A stretch of DNA of 64,000 bases. Source: Mobula hypostoma. Lineage: Eukaryota. Position 1 is the stretch's first letter. Every line of letters starts with the position of its first letter. The translations under genes and the position numbers were made by a program. The stretch spans positions 36,706,001 through 36,770,000 of the forward strand of contig NC_086108.1 in assembly GCF_963921235.1 (NCBI RefSeq), read 5' to 3'. The notes under the pieces were generated by a model. The model saw nothing but the letters and a program-made list of their open reading frames with translations. It did no database searches and was not told the origin of the DNA. Positions 36,596-49,600 of this stretch are shown here, piece after piece.

Positions 36596-38037
36596 TGTCA
36601 CAATGGCAGGGCATTGGGAGCAAGGGTGGACCCAAATGCAAGACACATCTTGTGAGATTACTTAAATTTAGTTTATTGTTAAAAACCAGGAGAGCAAGGC
36701 AGGAGTAGGAATAGTGAACTGGACAAGGACCGAGGACTACGACTAGGCTGGGACCAAGGGTCTGGGCTAGGACTCGGAATCGGCTCCCAGAACTAGAGGA
36801 GACATGAAGAGGCTAGGGTATGGACTCTGAGCCAGAGACTGGGCAAGGACCCAACATCTGGGTCTTGCCTCGGGCTCAGATCCCAGAACCGGGCAAGGAC
36901 ATGACATAGGCTAGGGAGAGGAGGAACATGGGAACACAGAGCCACGGTCTCGGGAGAGCAGGTACATGGAACCATGGACCCATACACAGAACACAGAGTC
37001 GGGACCCCCTCCTTGGGTACAGGACATAGGGCCAGGACTCACACACAGAACAGCGAGCCGGGACCCCTCCTTGGGTACAGGACATAGGGCCGGGACTCAT
37101 GACCCTCCGTGGGGCAACGGCAAGACAGCCTGACTTACCCCATGCAGGAGAGGACAAAACAAGACAGAACATGACCCCCCGCGGGGCAACAGCAAGACAG
37201 CCTGACCTACCCCATGGGGGAGAGGACAAGACATGACAAGACACGACTCCCCGCAGGGCAATGACAAGACGGCCTGACTTACCCCACGGAGGCGAGGACA
37301 AGACAAGACAAGACCAACACGAATGAACACCAGACAGTACCTATCTAGCTCTGGTGATGGAACTAGACTGAAATGCAGGCAGGGGCTGCAGACGAGGGCT
37401 AGAGGTGAGAGGGGCAGAAAAGGGATTCAGACAAGGGGGTAGGACAGGAATCACAGACCGCCAGGGTCAGGACTAGACTCAGAACTGGGAAGCCTCCAGG
37501 GCCAGGACTTGATGTGGTACTTGGATGGCGCCAGGGCCAGGACTTGACATGGTACTTGAACGCCGCCGGAGCCAGGACGTGGACGTGGTGCTTGAACACC
37601 GCCGGAGCCAGGATGTCGACGTGGTGCTTGGAACCTCCGGGTAGTGCTGAGCTCTCGACGGCCTGGGAACAGTAGACAGTGGCTCTTGATTCTCTCCGGC
37701 GGGTTAACTGACCGACCCACGTTGATGATGAAACTTTGCAGGCTCGCTTCAGCGAGGTAACTGGACGGGGTTGCTCCGGTGAGGAAAGGCAAATTACCGA
37801 CACTCACTTCGGGCGGAGACAAGGCTTGCTCCGGCCAGATGACATTGGCACGCCGTGACTTTGCAGACGCTCCCGCACCGAACGGCTGAAAGCCGGAGAC
37901 TATAAACTACTGGTTCAGCTGAGTGTTAATTGCCTCTAATCGCCAAAGTCAAGGGACACGGGAAAACAGGGAATCAACAGTCCGGATCATAACATAAACA
38001 AGCTAAATTTAAAGGGACCCTGATCCGCACCATGACA
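36596..38037 (-). mobile_element. Solo LTR (Gypsy-type, 1442 bp) with perfect 5-bp TSD
   Basis: TTGGA|TGTCA ... TGACA|TTGGA; minus-strand AATAAA at ~36672; internal tandem units of ~60, 72 and 35-36 bp. Confidence 0.92.
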
Positions 38038-38639
38038 TTGGACTGTACACATATATGTTCTGCATGGTTGTATCTTACTGATATTCTATATGTGCTTGTT
38101 GTCTTGCATGTGTGAGAACTGGGATTCAAGCTGCAGTGTTGTCGGGGGAGGGCTTCATGGCTGGTGTGGTCCACCAGGGGTGGTGTGCCACGGGATCCAG
38201 GCTGGAGTCAGTGCTGCCCCCCCCCACCCCTCGCCCCCAGTGTTTGATGGCGCGAATTTTGGACACTTTTATCATGTGATTGTGATACCATTTGTCCTTG
38301 CTGTCTTGTGTGTGCTTTGTGTTGTATGTGACTGATGGTATTGTGCTTTGCTTCTTGACCCTGGAGTAACGCTGTCTCGTTTGGCTGTATTCATGAGTAT
38401 GCATGTGCATGTATGGTTGAACGACAATTAAACTTGATTGAATTGAACTGAATTATAAAAATCACTAAGTGCATATCCCATCAGATCAACACTTGGACAG
38501 AACTCCAGGCAGAATATGCTCCATCTGCTACCACCCTCTGCCTACTGTATGCAAGCCAGTTCCAAATCCATACAGCAAAGTTTACCTGGATCCCATAGTG
38601 ATGATCTTTGTGCCCTCACTGGCCGTGAGAACAGTACCG

Positions 38640-39425
38640 GAAAGGTTTATGGGAATAATCCTGAGAATTTTACCAATGAGCTTTTCATCAGTAGTGGTTG
38701 GATTATTGGTGAGGTTTCTTAGAGACAGAATGAATGAACATTTGGAGAAGAATCGTTGGATTAGGCATAGTCAGAATGGCTTTGTGAGGGGCGGGTCATG
38801 CCTTACGAGCATGATTGACCTTTTTGAGAAAGTGACAAAACAAATTAATGAAGGCAAAGTAGTGGATGTGGTTTCTATACAGCGTTTGACAATATCCCCC
38901 ATGTTAGGCTCATTCAGGAAATCGGGAGGAACAGGATCCAGAGAAGCCTTGTCTACAGAATAGTAGAGATAGCACAGCAATCTCTACCCTCACTTCCTGC
39001 ACTATCCAGGGATGTATCCCTTCCGAGCTCATTGAGTTATCTATCTTTATGTTTTCCAAAAATTGCAACTCTGCCCTTTTATTAACCTCAACATGCTGCA
39101 GCATATTCATCTGTTTTACACTGACCTCACATTTATCAAGGTCTCTCTCACTGGTGAATACTGAAGTGAAGTATTCATTAGGAATCTCCCCTATCTCCTC
39201 CAACTCCAGGGACATGTCTCCTCTTTTCTCCCGGATCAGTCCTTCTCTCACTCCAATGTTCTTCATGTACATGTAGAGTGCCTTGGGTTTTTCCCTAATC
39301 CTACTCACCAAGGTCTTCTCATGTCCCCCTCTAGCTCTCCTAAATCTATTCTTAAGCTCCTTCCTGGCTACGTTATAACTCTCAAGAGTCCTATCTGATC
39401 TTTGCTTCTTAAACCTAAAGTCCTT
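38640..39425. mobile_element. Two adjoining CR1 fragments in opposite orientation (+ 38640-38945, - 38950-39425)
   Basis: + HSQNGFVRGGSCLTSMIDLFEKVTK; - EEIGEIPNEYFTSVFTSE. Confidence 0.8.
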
Positions 39426-39437
39426 CCATTTTGTGTT

Positions 39438-39636
39438 GGGCTCGTGGCCAAGTGGTAAAGCATTCGTCTAGTTACCGCAAGGTCGCTAGTTCGAGCTTCA
39501 GCTGTGGCAGCGTGTTTGTGCCCTCGAGCAGGGCACTTAATCACACATTGCTCTAGTCCGTGCGAGGAGTGGCGCCCCACACAGACTTCCAATCTGCGCC
39601 TTGTAAGGCACGGAAATGCCCGATGCAGGCCTCTCT
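39438..39636 (+). mobile_element. tRNA-derived SINE
   Basis: A box TGGCCAAGTGG, B box GTTCGAGC, then GTGCCCTCGAGCAGGGCACTTAA; no tRNA acceptor stem. Confidence 0.75.
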
Positions 39637-39811
39637 ATTCCTAAAGGTCTTCTCTACTAATTTCCTTCCTTGTTGGTGAAGTAAGGCTCAATCACATGTA
39701 ATTTCTGAACTTTTCTGTAATATGCATCTTAAAAAGTAATGTTGGCATTTCTCCAATCCTCTGGGACCTTGCCTTTGACCAACGAGAATACAGCAATCTA
39801 AAGTTATATGT

Positions 39812-41415
39812 CCATAAGACCATAAGACCACAAGACAAAGGAGCAGAAGCCGGCCATTCGGCCCATTGAGTCTGCTCCGCCATTTTATCATGAGCTGATC
39901 CATTCTCCCATTTAGTCCCACTCGCCCGCCTTCTCACCATAACCTTTGATGCCCTGGCTACTCAGATACCTATCAATCTCTGCCTTAAATACACCCAATG
40001 ACTTGGCCTCCACTGCTGCCCGTGGCAACAAATTCCATAGATTCACCACCCTCTGACTAAAAAAATTGCTTTGCATTTCTGTTCTGAATGGGTGCCCTTC
40101 AATCCTTAAGTCACTCCCTCTTGTACTAGACTCCCCCATCATGGGAAACAACTTTGCCACATCCACTCTGTCCATGCCTTTCAACATTCAAAATGTTTCT
40201 GAGGTCTCCCCTCATTCGTCTAAACTCCAAGGAATACAGTCCAAGAGCGGACAAACGTTCCTCATATGTTAACCCTCTCATTCCCGGAATCATTCTAGTG
40301 AATCTTCTCTGTACCTTCTCCATTGTCAGCACATCCTTTCTTAAATAAGGAGACCAAAACTGCCCACAGTACTCCAAGTGAGGTCTCACCAGCGCCTTAT
40401 AGAACCTCAACATCACATCCCTGCTCCTATACTCTATTCCTCTAGAAATGAATGCCAACATTGCATTCGCCTTCTTCACAACTGACTCAACCTGGAGGTT
40501 AACCTTAAGGGTATCCTATATGAGGACTCCCAAGTCCCGCTGCATCTCAGAACTTTGAATTCTTTCCCCATTTAAATAATAGTCTGCCCATTTATTTCTT
40601 CTGCCAAAATGCATAACCATACACTTTCTAACATTGTATTTCATTTGCCACTTCCTTGCCCATTCTTCCAATCTATCCAAGTCTCTCTGCAGACTCTCCG
40701 TTTCCTCAGTACTACCGGCCCCTCCACCTATCTTCGTATCGTCAGCAAACTTAGCCACAAAGCCATCTGTTCCATAATCCAAATCGTTGATGTACAATGT
40801 AAAAAGAAGCAGCCCCAACATGGACCCCTGTGGAACACCACTGGTAACCGGCAGCCAACCAGAATAGGATCCCTTTATTCCCATTCTCTGTTTCCTGCCA
40901 ATCAGCCAACGCTCTATCCACATATGTAACTCTCCCGTAATTCCATGGGCTCTTATCTTGTTAAGTAGCCTTATGTGTGGCACCTTGTCAAAGGCCTTCT
41001 GAAAATCCAAATATACAACATCCACTGCATCTCCCTTGTCTAGCCTTTTTGTAATTTCCTCAAAAAATTGTAATAGGTTTGTCAGGCAGGATTTTTCTTT
41101 AAGGAATCCATGCTGAGTTCTGCCTATCTTGTCATATGCCTCCAGGTACTCTGTAACCTCATCCTTGACAATCGACTCTAACAACTTCCCAACCACCGAT
41201 GTCAAGCTAACAGGTCTATAATTTCACTTTTGCTTCCTTTCCCCCTTCTTAAATAGTGGAGCAACATTTGCAATCTTCCAGTCCTCCAGAACCATGCCAG
41301 AATCTATCGACTTTTGAAAGATCTTCGCTAATGCCTCCGCAATCTCCACAGCTACTTCCTTCAGAACACGAGGGTGCATTCCATCTGGTCCGGGAGATTT
41401 ATCTACCTTTAGACT
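39812..41415 (-). mobile_element. CR1 LINE, 5'-truncated, young (long RT frame)
   Basis: ORF 40516-41205 with YLDFQKAFDKVPH, GVPQGSMLGLLLFTLYINDL, KFADDTK; tail (CCATAAGA)n at 39812. Confidence 0.95.
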
Positions 41416-42569
41416 ATCTCAAAGTTATCTAGAACTAGTGGTCATCATTTCAAAATTAGAGGTTGAGCAGTTAGGACAGAGGTGCGGATAAATGTGCTCA
41501 ACCAGTAAGTGCTGAAATTTTAGAATTCTCTAGCAAGAAAGCTGCAGCGGCTCAGTCGTTAAGTATACTCAAGACAGAGATCCACAGATACTGCATTTGG
41601 ATAGTCAGAGACTCAGGGGATGTATGGTTTGTGTGGGATAGTGGCTCTGTGAGAACAGATAAGCCATTATCTCTGAGGAGGTAGGAGGGACCAAGTAACC
41701 TATTCTTGTGTCTATTTTTTTTAAAAATGTTCTGATATTTGGCTTTCTCTGTGTGGAATATTGAATTCATATTACTTTCTGGCACAGCTATCTGATCCAT
41801 TACAAGGTCATTTTCCAAGGACTTGTGCAACATATTTACTAGGAATGCTGTATTCTTTGTATTAATCAACCTTGTTACACTTTTAGAGCAAAGGCTTTTC
41901 GTTGTGGCCTTCACTTTACTGTAAAATGTTTCTGTCATTAGCTGAGTATTTGTAAACAGTTTTGAATGAATTTGTATAATAACATAAATAAGATAGAGGT
42001 GAACTAAATGTAAATTTGAGCTATCATGGATGCACAATCCTATATGTAATTGCACTGGTGAAAAAGTTTAAGCCAACTACTGCTCCAATCAATCATTTTA
42101 ATAAATTATTCATTTGATGATCATCTACTTTATTGACTTGTGAAATGGAATTGCATTCATGGTTATGCATAATAAGTTTTACTCATCTCTTCTGCTCAAT
42201 GCCGCCCTTCAGCACTTCCTTAACCTTCTACCTTAATTCATTTTGTCCATGTTGATAGCGCGATGATTTTCATCCAGAATGCTAGGCAGCATCCAATATT
42301 GTTGACTTCTGCTTTATCAAAAGTGGTGCTATGAAGGGGGCAGAATACTCAGCCCTTGCCCTCTTCTGATAGCTGTAGGCTTGCTTGATGTTTGTGACTA
42401 GTCTTGTCAAATCCCCACCCTGCACCACCCCCCCCCATGGGTATGCTCATTTGCTGGCTTTGCAAGCTGCTTCATTCCTATAATCTTCCGAAAAAACAAC
42501 TTTTCCTTCATCTCTCCATTATAACATTCACAGCTTTCCCACCCATCTCCCCATGATGGTGACAGGGAA

Positions 42570-42698
42570 TCACAAACAAGAGAAAATCTGCAGATGCTGG
42601 AAATCCAAGTGGCACAACTAAATGTTGGAGGAACTCATCAGACCTGGCAACATCTATGGAAAAGAGTACAGTCGACGTTTTGGGCTGAAACCCTTCAT
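42570..42698 (-). mobile_element. Penelope terminal-repeat fragment
   Basis: Same repeat as 5811-5870 and 49040-49170; hammerhead truncated (..ATGAAGGGTTTCAGCCCAAAACGTCGACT on minus). Confidence 0.85.
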
Positions 42699-42947
42699 TC
42701 TATATCTTATGGTCTTATGATCAGTCTACATGGAGTCTACCTGTTCTCCTGACCTTGTGGATTGTGACCTTCTGGATGGTCCAATTTCCTCCAAAAGGCA
42801 TGCTGCGTGTTCGATATTGTATAACAGTAGAATCTGAAGGGTGGGGGAGGAGTAAGGGAGAGTTGACGAGAAAGTGAGGAGAAGAAATTAGTACTAGAGT
42901 TGGAATGGGTGCTTGATGGTCAGCACAGACTCTGGGTTGAAAGGGAC

Positions 42948-43100
42948 ATGAGAAAATCTGCATATGCTGGAAATCCAAAGCAACAGACACAAAATGCACT
43001 CAAAACGAACTCAGCAGGCCAGGACGCATCTATGAAAAAGAGTAAACAGTCAATGTTTTGGTCCGAGACCCTCCATCAGGATTGGAAAGGAAGCGGAGAA
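42948..43100 (-). mobile_element. Penelope terminal-repeat fragment
   Basis: Minus strand CCTGATGGAGGGTCTCGGACCAAAACATTGACT, a decayed hammerhead. Confidence 0.8.
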
Positions 43101-43991
43101 GTCAATAGTCGGTGCTGGATTTACTTTTGATTGTGTTGTAAGGATTTTGAACTTCCTTGCAGGACCAGTGTTTTGAAATCATCCTGATTTCAGGCAAAAA
43201 TAAGTTATCGAGGAGGACTGTAAATCTTTCAGGAAATCTGAGTGAGAATGTTTTTCAGAGTATAGAATATTTTATCAAGTGGGATGTTTGAACCTGAGAC
43301 TGAGAATGGTATCATCAAATGGAATATTCGATACTTGAAGCAAGCAGAACTGTGGAAAAATAAGGACAAAGAAGTAAGGTTAAGTTTGAATTGCTCTGAC
43401 AAAGAACTTCTGGAGCAGACTAGGTTGAGACTCCGTCTGTGTGGTAATCAATTATGGTCTTATTAGTGTGAGTTTCTTTCACAATAATTTCATTATTTTA
43501 CAGTAATAATATTGCTCTACGAATGGCAATATTCTGGAACTAGCATGCTGGGAAGATGGGAAGAATAAAAGCAAGAAGTGTCTTGTGGTCAGAAGTGAAG
43601 AGGCAGTCAGATAATGACAGATAGTTCATCATTAAGACATCAAAGCAGTGACAAAAATGCTTAGATCATGCTGCAGATTAATCTCCACTAAGCAGCACAC
43701 ACACACACAAAATTATTTTTTGTTGTAATTAAAACCACTAAAACAAGCTAGAACTTTACAATAAATGAGAACAAAATGCTGCAGATGCTAGAAATCTGAA
43801 AGCAACATAGGAATTGCTGGAAACACTCAGCAAGTCAAGCAGCTTGTGTGGGGAGAGGACAAGGTTTATGTTTCAGTGGCTGTCCATTGTCAGAATTGAT
43901 AAGAGATGCAATAGACAAGAAGTGTACAAGATTAAAGTAAAGTTAAACACTTGGACTTTGCAGCCTTCCCACATTTAGTTATAGTGATTGC

Positions 43992-44190
43992 TGTTCCTCT
44001 CTGCGCCTTGTGGCACATCGGGTGGCAACCGTGCAATTTCTTTAGCACTTGTCTGTTTTTAACGAGGCCGAGTTGCTAGCTCGGTGTTCAACCTAACACT
44101 GGTGCTAAGTGTGCAAGGAGCTGGCTGGAATTGAACCCAGGACCACTCACTTCGAAGTCCGGTGCAGATGCTGTTACACCAACGACCACC
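43992..44190 (-). mobile_element. tRNA-derived SINE
   Basis: Homologous to 32432-32612 and 60694-60857. Confidence 0.75.
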
Positions 44191-44926
44191 AGACAATTTA
44201 ATTTAATTCCATTCCCCTCTGTACTTTTGTACTCCAATCCCCTTGTACTAGGAGCTAACATGTTAGTCCATAGACTAATCTCTCAGTATTAAGAAAATAC
44301 TCTTTTTTACTCTTCCTATCAGTATGGTTAATTATACATTTCTCTGCCTTTTTACCTAATCTCATCAGCATATTTTATTGTCTTGCAACCTCTTTGTATA
44401 CTCCATATTGCTTATTTTTCCACCTAGGTTCATTTCTTCATCGAATGTGAAGACGTTACTTCCAGTCCTCTCATTTGCCATTGACTGTAAATAGCTGACA
44501 CCCAAACATTGTACCCTGAGCCCATCCATTTGTATAGCCTGGCTTCTCAGGGAAAAGTACGGAAGAAGTGTGACAAATGTTCAGGGGATATTTGTGTGGA
44601 GCTCTGCATAGGTACATTCCAATGACACAGGGAAGTTATGGTAGGGTACAGGAACTGTGGTGTACAAAGGCTGTAATAAATCTAGACAAGAAGAAAACAA
44701 AAGCTTACAAAAGGTTCAGAGAGCTAGATAATGTTAGAGATCTAGAAGATTATAAGGCTAACAGGAAGGAGCTTAAAAAGGAAGTTAGGAGAGCCAGAAG
44801 GGGCCATGAGAATGCCTTGGCGGGTAGGATTAAGGAAAACCCCAAGGCATTCAACAAGTATGTGAAGAGCAAGAGGATAAGACGTGAAAGAATAGGACCT
44901 ATCAAGTGTGACAGTGGGAAAGTGTG

Positions 44927-45622
44927 TGCAGCCCCCCTGGTAAGCCTCAGGTTCGCTCAACTCACTTTCATCTAGGGGGAGCAGCCTTCAGCCCCACCAA
45001 ACTGGGTAATCAAGTTTGTGTGGATGCTGTGTAATGTACCCCACCATACCAAATAACAGACAATACACCATATGCGATTAACTGATTACTCTTTATAGAT
45101 CTTACTGGAACTATGTAATCAATAGAGATAAAATATAAAAGGAAAGTAAAAGGCGCCAAACTTATCAAGGTTCAACCACTTCGTGCACAACAGTTGGAGC
45201 TCAAGTAACAGAGTCTTCTTTCCACCAATCGATACCCTCCTATCACCTTGACCCATCGCCTGGGACCGACCATGGTGGTCAACCAGATGCTCCACACAAG
45301 TCTGTCTTCGTCTCCTCTCCTTGCCGAAGACCCTGGGCCTCAGACTCCCGCTCGAGGTCCATCCCATCGGCCAGCTTACAGCATTGTGTCTCCTCTCTCT
45401 GTCCCCATCGCACCTTCTCCCTCAACACCAGTGAAAACAATAGCTTACAGACACACAAGAAAGAATAACATCTGGTAACAATAACAATTGGTTAGCAAAT
45501 GAATACAATTCTCTTTATAACCCAAACAAGCTGCTAGAGAGAGAACTTTCTCAGCAGTTAACATAACAAAGAAGCCATTTTGATTAGCCTACGCAGTAAC
45601 ATAAAAGAAGAAACCCCTTACA
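44927..45622. mobile_element. Solo LTR (696 bp) with 4-bp TSD TGTG
   Basis: AAAGTGTG|TGCAGCCCCC ... CCCCTTACA|TGTGTATGG; the empty site AAAGTGTGTATGG is visible in the sister CR1 at ~23430. Confidence 0.85.
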
Positions 45623-46104
45623 TGTGTATGGAACCAGAGGAAATAGCAGAGGTACTTAACGAATACTTTACTTCAGTATTCACTATGGAAAACGATCTTG
45701 GTGATTGTAGTGCTGACTTGCAGCAGACTGAAAAGCTTGAGCACATAGATATTAAGAGAAAGGATGTGCTGGAGCTTTTGGAAAGCATCAAGTTGGATAA
45801 GTCACCATGATCGGATGAAGTGTACCCCAGGCTACTGTGGGAAGCGAGGGAGGAGATTGCTGAGCCTCTGGCGATGATCTTTGAATCATCAATGGGGACG
45901 GGAGAGGTTCCAAAGGATTAAAGGGTTGTGGATGTTGCTCCTTTATTCAAGAAAAGGAGTAGATATAGCCCAGTAAATTATAGACCAGTGAGTTTTACTT
46001 CAGTGTTTGGCAAGTTGATTGAGAAGATCCTGAGAGGCAGGATTTATGAACATTTGGAGAGGTATAATATGATTAGGAATAATATGATTAGGCATAATAT
46101 GATT

Positions 46105-46409
46105 CAGCTGTTTATTTATGTAACAGTTTTACCCCGAAGCCATCGGACTACCAACCTACTGCCTTCCTCTGTGCCTATTGTCTTGTTTATTATTTATTGT
46201 AATGCCTGCACTGTTCTGTGTACTTCATGCAGTTCCAGGTAGGTCTGTTGTCTCGTGTAGTTTTTGTGTTGTTTTATGTAGTTCAGTGTAGTTTTTGTAT
46301 TGTTTCATGTAGCACCATGGTCCTGAAAAACATTGTCTCATTTTTACTGTGTACTGTACCAGCAGTTATCGTCGATATGACAATAAAATGACTTGACTTG
46401 ACTTGACTT
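46105..46409 (+). mobile_element. Non-LTR retroposon 3' end (Rex-like)
   Basis: AATAAA plus (GACTT)n tail; CR1 resumes at AATAGTCAG. Confidence 0.8.
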
Positions 46410-49037
46410 GAATAGTCAGTGTGGCTTTGTCAAGGGCAGGTCATGCCTTATGAGCCTGATTGAATTTTTTGAGGATGCGACTAAACACATTGATGAAGAA
46501 AGAGCCATAGATGTAGTATATATGGGTTTCAGCAAGGCATTTGATGAGGTACCCCATGCAAGGCTTATTGAGAAAGTAAGGATGCATGGGATCCAAGGGG
46601 ACATTGCTTTGTGGATCTAGAACTGGCTTGCCCATAGAAGGCAAAGAGTGATTGTAGATGGGTCATAGACGGGTGACCAGTGGTGTGCCTTAGGGATCTG
46701 TTCTGGGACCCTTACTCTTTGTGATTTTTATAAATGACCTGGATGAGGAAGTGGAGGGATGGGTTAGTAAATTTGCTGATGACACAAAGGTTGGGGGTGT
46801 TGTGGATAGTGTGGAGGGCTGTCAGAGATTACAAGTGGGACATTCATAGGATGCAAAACTGGGCTGAGAAGTGGCAGATGGAGTTCAACCCAATTAAGTG
46901 TGAAGTGGTTCATTTTGGTAGGTCAAATATGATGGCAGAATATAGTATTAATGGAAAGACTCTTGGCAGTGTGGAGGATCAGAGGGACCTTGGGGGTCTG
47001 AGTCCATAGGACGCACAAAGCAACTGCGCAGGTTGACTCTGTGGTTAAGAAGGCGTACGGTGTATTGGCCTTCGTTAATCATGGAATTGGATTTAGGAGC
47101 CGAGAGGTAATGTTGCAGCTATATAGGACCCTGGTCAGACTCCACTTGGAGTACTGTGCTCAGTTCTGGTTGCCACACTACAGGAAGGACGCGGAAGCCA
47201 TAGAAAGGGTGCAAAGGAGATTTAGAAGGATGTTGTCTGGATTAGGGAGCATGCCTTATGAGAATAGGTTGAGTGAACTCGGCCTTTTCTCCTTGGAGCG
47301 ATGGAGGATGAGAGGTGACCTGACAGAGGTATATAAGATGATAATGGCACTGATCATGTGGATAGTCAGAGGCTTTTTCCCAGGGCTGAAATGGTTGCCC
47401 CAAGAGGACACAGACTTAAGGAGCTGGGGAGTAGGTACAGAGGAGATGTGAGGGGTAAGTTTTTTACTCAGAGAGTGGTGAGTACGTGGAATGGGCTGCC
47501 GGCAATGGTGGTGGAGGCGGATACGATAGGGTCTTTTAAGAGGCTTTTGGATAGGTACGTGGAACTTAGAAAAATAGAAGGTATAGTTAAGTTGTCAGGA
47601 CATGTTCGGCACAACTTTGTATTGTGCTGTAGGTTTTCTATGTTTCTAAAACGTGCATTTCTAACTCCTAAAGTACAGAGACAGAGAAAGGAGGTTGGGT
47701 GAGTGCTAATGACAAATGGGAATGTCAGTGGTAGGGTGGAAATCAGGTATGATTAAATGAGAAAAGGGATATTGGTATAAATCAACGTGCGAAGAAATAT
47801 GACATGTAAAGGAAAAACAAAATAACTTCTGAGGAGTTGGAAATGGCATCTGAAGAAACATCACCTGCATTCAGGACAAAACAGTCACAAAGGGGAAGGA
47901 AATGTTCCTAGGATCTTCGTGATCTTTAGTATGTGAATTCAGAATAATAACAGCCAACACATTATTAAAATACCTGGTGGCTTGAGGCTCAGGATCTCCT
48001 GGAAATTAATTTGGATTTAACAAAGTGCCTGTTTAATAATTATTTTTATTGATTAAAAAACAGTGGGAAACAAAATTTTGTCAGAAGAGACATGTCGTGG
48101 GAAAAAGTAGCATCACGCACGCCACTAAAAGCTGGCAACTGAAATGGAACATGCTGAAAGAAAATATATAATCATCAGATGAGCCCTGATAAACAACCCC
48201 ATCACTGGCTTTCCACCTGAACCCTGAGAATGTGTCCTCAGAATGCTTTCATGGGAGAACAGTACAATTTCTTCCAAGATGAAATAAGTGGACTTATGGT
48301 CACTTAGTATTTTACATATTTATAAATTTAGTTTCAGCTGTGGACAAATGGTGCAAAAAACAACAGGCACAAGATAAAATTTGATTAAAGTCCTTTTAAT
48401 GTATTATTTGTTTGTGATGCTGGTTTAAGAATGAACTTTGAAATGTGAGATTCATTTGGTTTTGAGAAGCTTGTTAATTTGAATAATTTCTTCCATTTAT
48501 GTAATGAAGATTATTGATTGAACACAAAGTAAACAAAAAGTCTATCATATATTTTACCCACTCAGTATGATTAACTAATTATTTAATTAGCTTAATTAAA
48601 CCACTCACAATACTGTCCTTTGAGCATGCAATGTTATGAGAGTACTCTAGACTTGAAATTTTTAATCAGGCAGATAATTACGTCTGTTGTTCTTTTTAAG
48701 TGTTGGAAAGACTTTGCTTTGAAGTGCTGCTGGATAATCCTTGGGCACTGACACACCAATCAAATGAGGTGAAGAAGCCTGAATCCAAAGATACAGACCC
48801 AAGCTAAGTTGTTGGGATGGAATTATTGCTTCGCTAAACACTGGCTCCAAGATAACAAATCAGGTATATCATTCTTTCTGCAATTCAAAATATTTCTCAG
48901 TAAGTGTTGGCGACATTTGTAAATCCCTGATCAGGAAGATCTCTTGGAATCTTGGACCAAAAATTAGTCATCCCTTCATGTATTTCATGCACTATGGAGT
49001 TAATGTTACAGTGCGAAATCTATCATTGAATATAATT

Positions 49038-49600
49038 AAACAACAGGAATTCTGCAGATGCTGGAAATTCAAGCAACATACATCAAAGTTGCTGGTGAAC
49101 GCAGCAGGCCAAGCAGCATCTATAGGAAGAGGCGCAGTCGACGTTTCAGGCCGAGACCCTTCGTCAGGACTAACTGAAGGAAGAGTGAGTAAGGGATTTG
49201 AAAGCTGGAGGGGGAGGGGGAGATGCAAAATGATAGGAGAAGACAGGAGGGGGAGGGATAGAGCCGAGAGCTGGACAGGTGATAGGCAAAAGGGGATACG
49301 AGAGGATCATGGGACAGGAGGCCTAGGGAGAAAGATGGGGGGGGGGTGACCCAGAGGATGGGAAAGAGGTATATTCAGAGGGACAGAGGGAGAAAAAGGA
49401 GAGTGAGAGAAAGAATGTGTGCATAAAAAGGAGTAACAGCTGGGGTACGAGGGGGAGGTGGGGCCTAGCGGAAGTTAGAGAAGTCGATGTTCATGCCATC
49501 AGGTTGGAGGCTACCCAGACGGAATATAAGGTGTTGTTCCTCCAATCTGAGTGTGGCTTCATCTTTACAGTAGAGGAGGCCATGGATAGACATGTCAGAA
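49038..49600 (-). mobile_element. Penelope-like element 3' end: GIY-YIG C-terminus, UTR and terminal repeat
   Basis: Minus strand DEATLRLEEQHLIFRLGSLQPDGMNIDFSNFR*; highly similar to 27600-28760. Confidence 0.93.
49136..49171 (-). ncRNA. Minimal type I hammerhead ribozyme motif in the Penelope terminal repeat
   Basis: 5'-AGUC CUGACGA AGG-GUCUCGG-CCU GAA AC-GU C GACU-3': stem I AGUC/GACU, core CUGANGA and GAAA, stem II AGG/CCU, palindromic ACGU stem III, GUC cleavage triplet. Confidence 0.8.

Larger units (their letters stand above)
44545..47647 (+). mobile_element. CR1 LINE (same subfamily as 23143-25165) with two nested insertions
   Basis: Colinear with the 23143 copy; same TTTTCTATGTTTCTA tail; interrupted at 44927-45622 and 46105-46409. 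Confidence 0.95.

Noticed and set aside
39438..39510. tRNA gene
   Set aside because: A/B boxes are present but there is no cloverleaf or acceptor stem, and it runs into a SINE body. The same applies to 60694.
41552..42055. 167-aa minus-strand ORF
   Set aside because: No recognisable domain, non-ATG start, and it partly overlaps the antisense of an old CR1 3' end.
42570..43100. Two tandem hammerhead-bearing repeats as a retrozyme-like unit
   Set aside because: Both motifs are broken and the spacer is a CR1 tail plus SINE remnant, so independent insertions are the simpler explanation.
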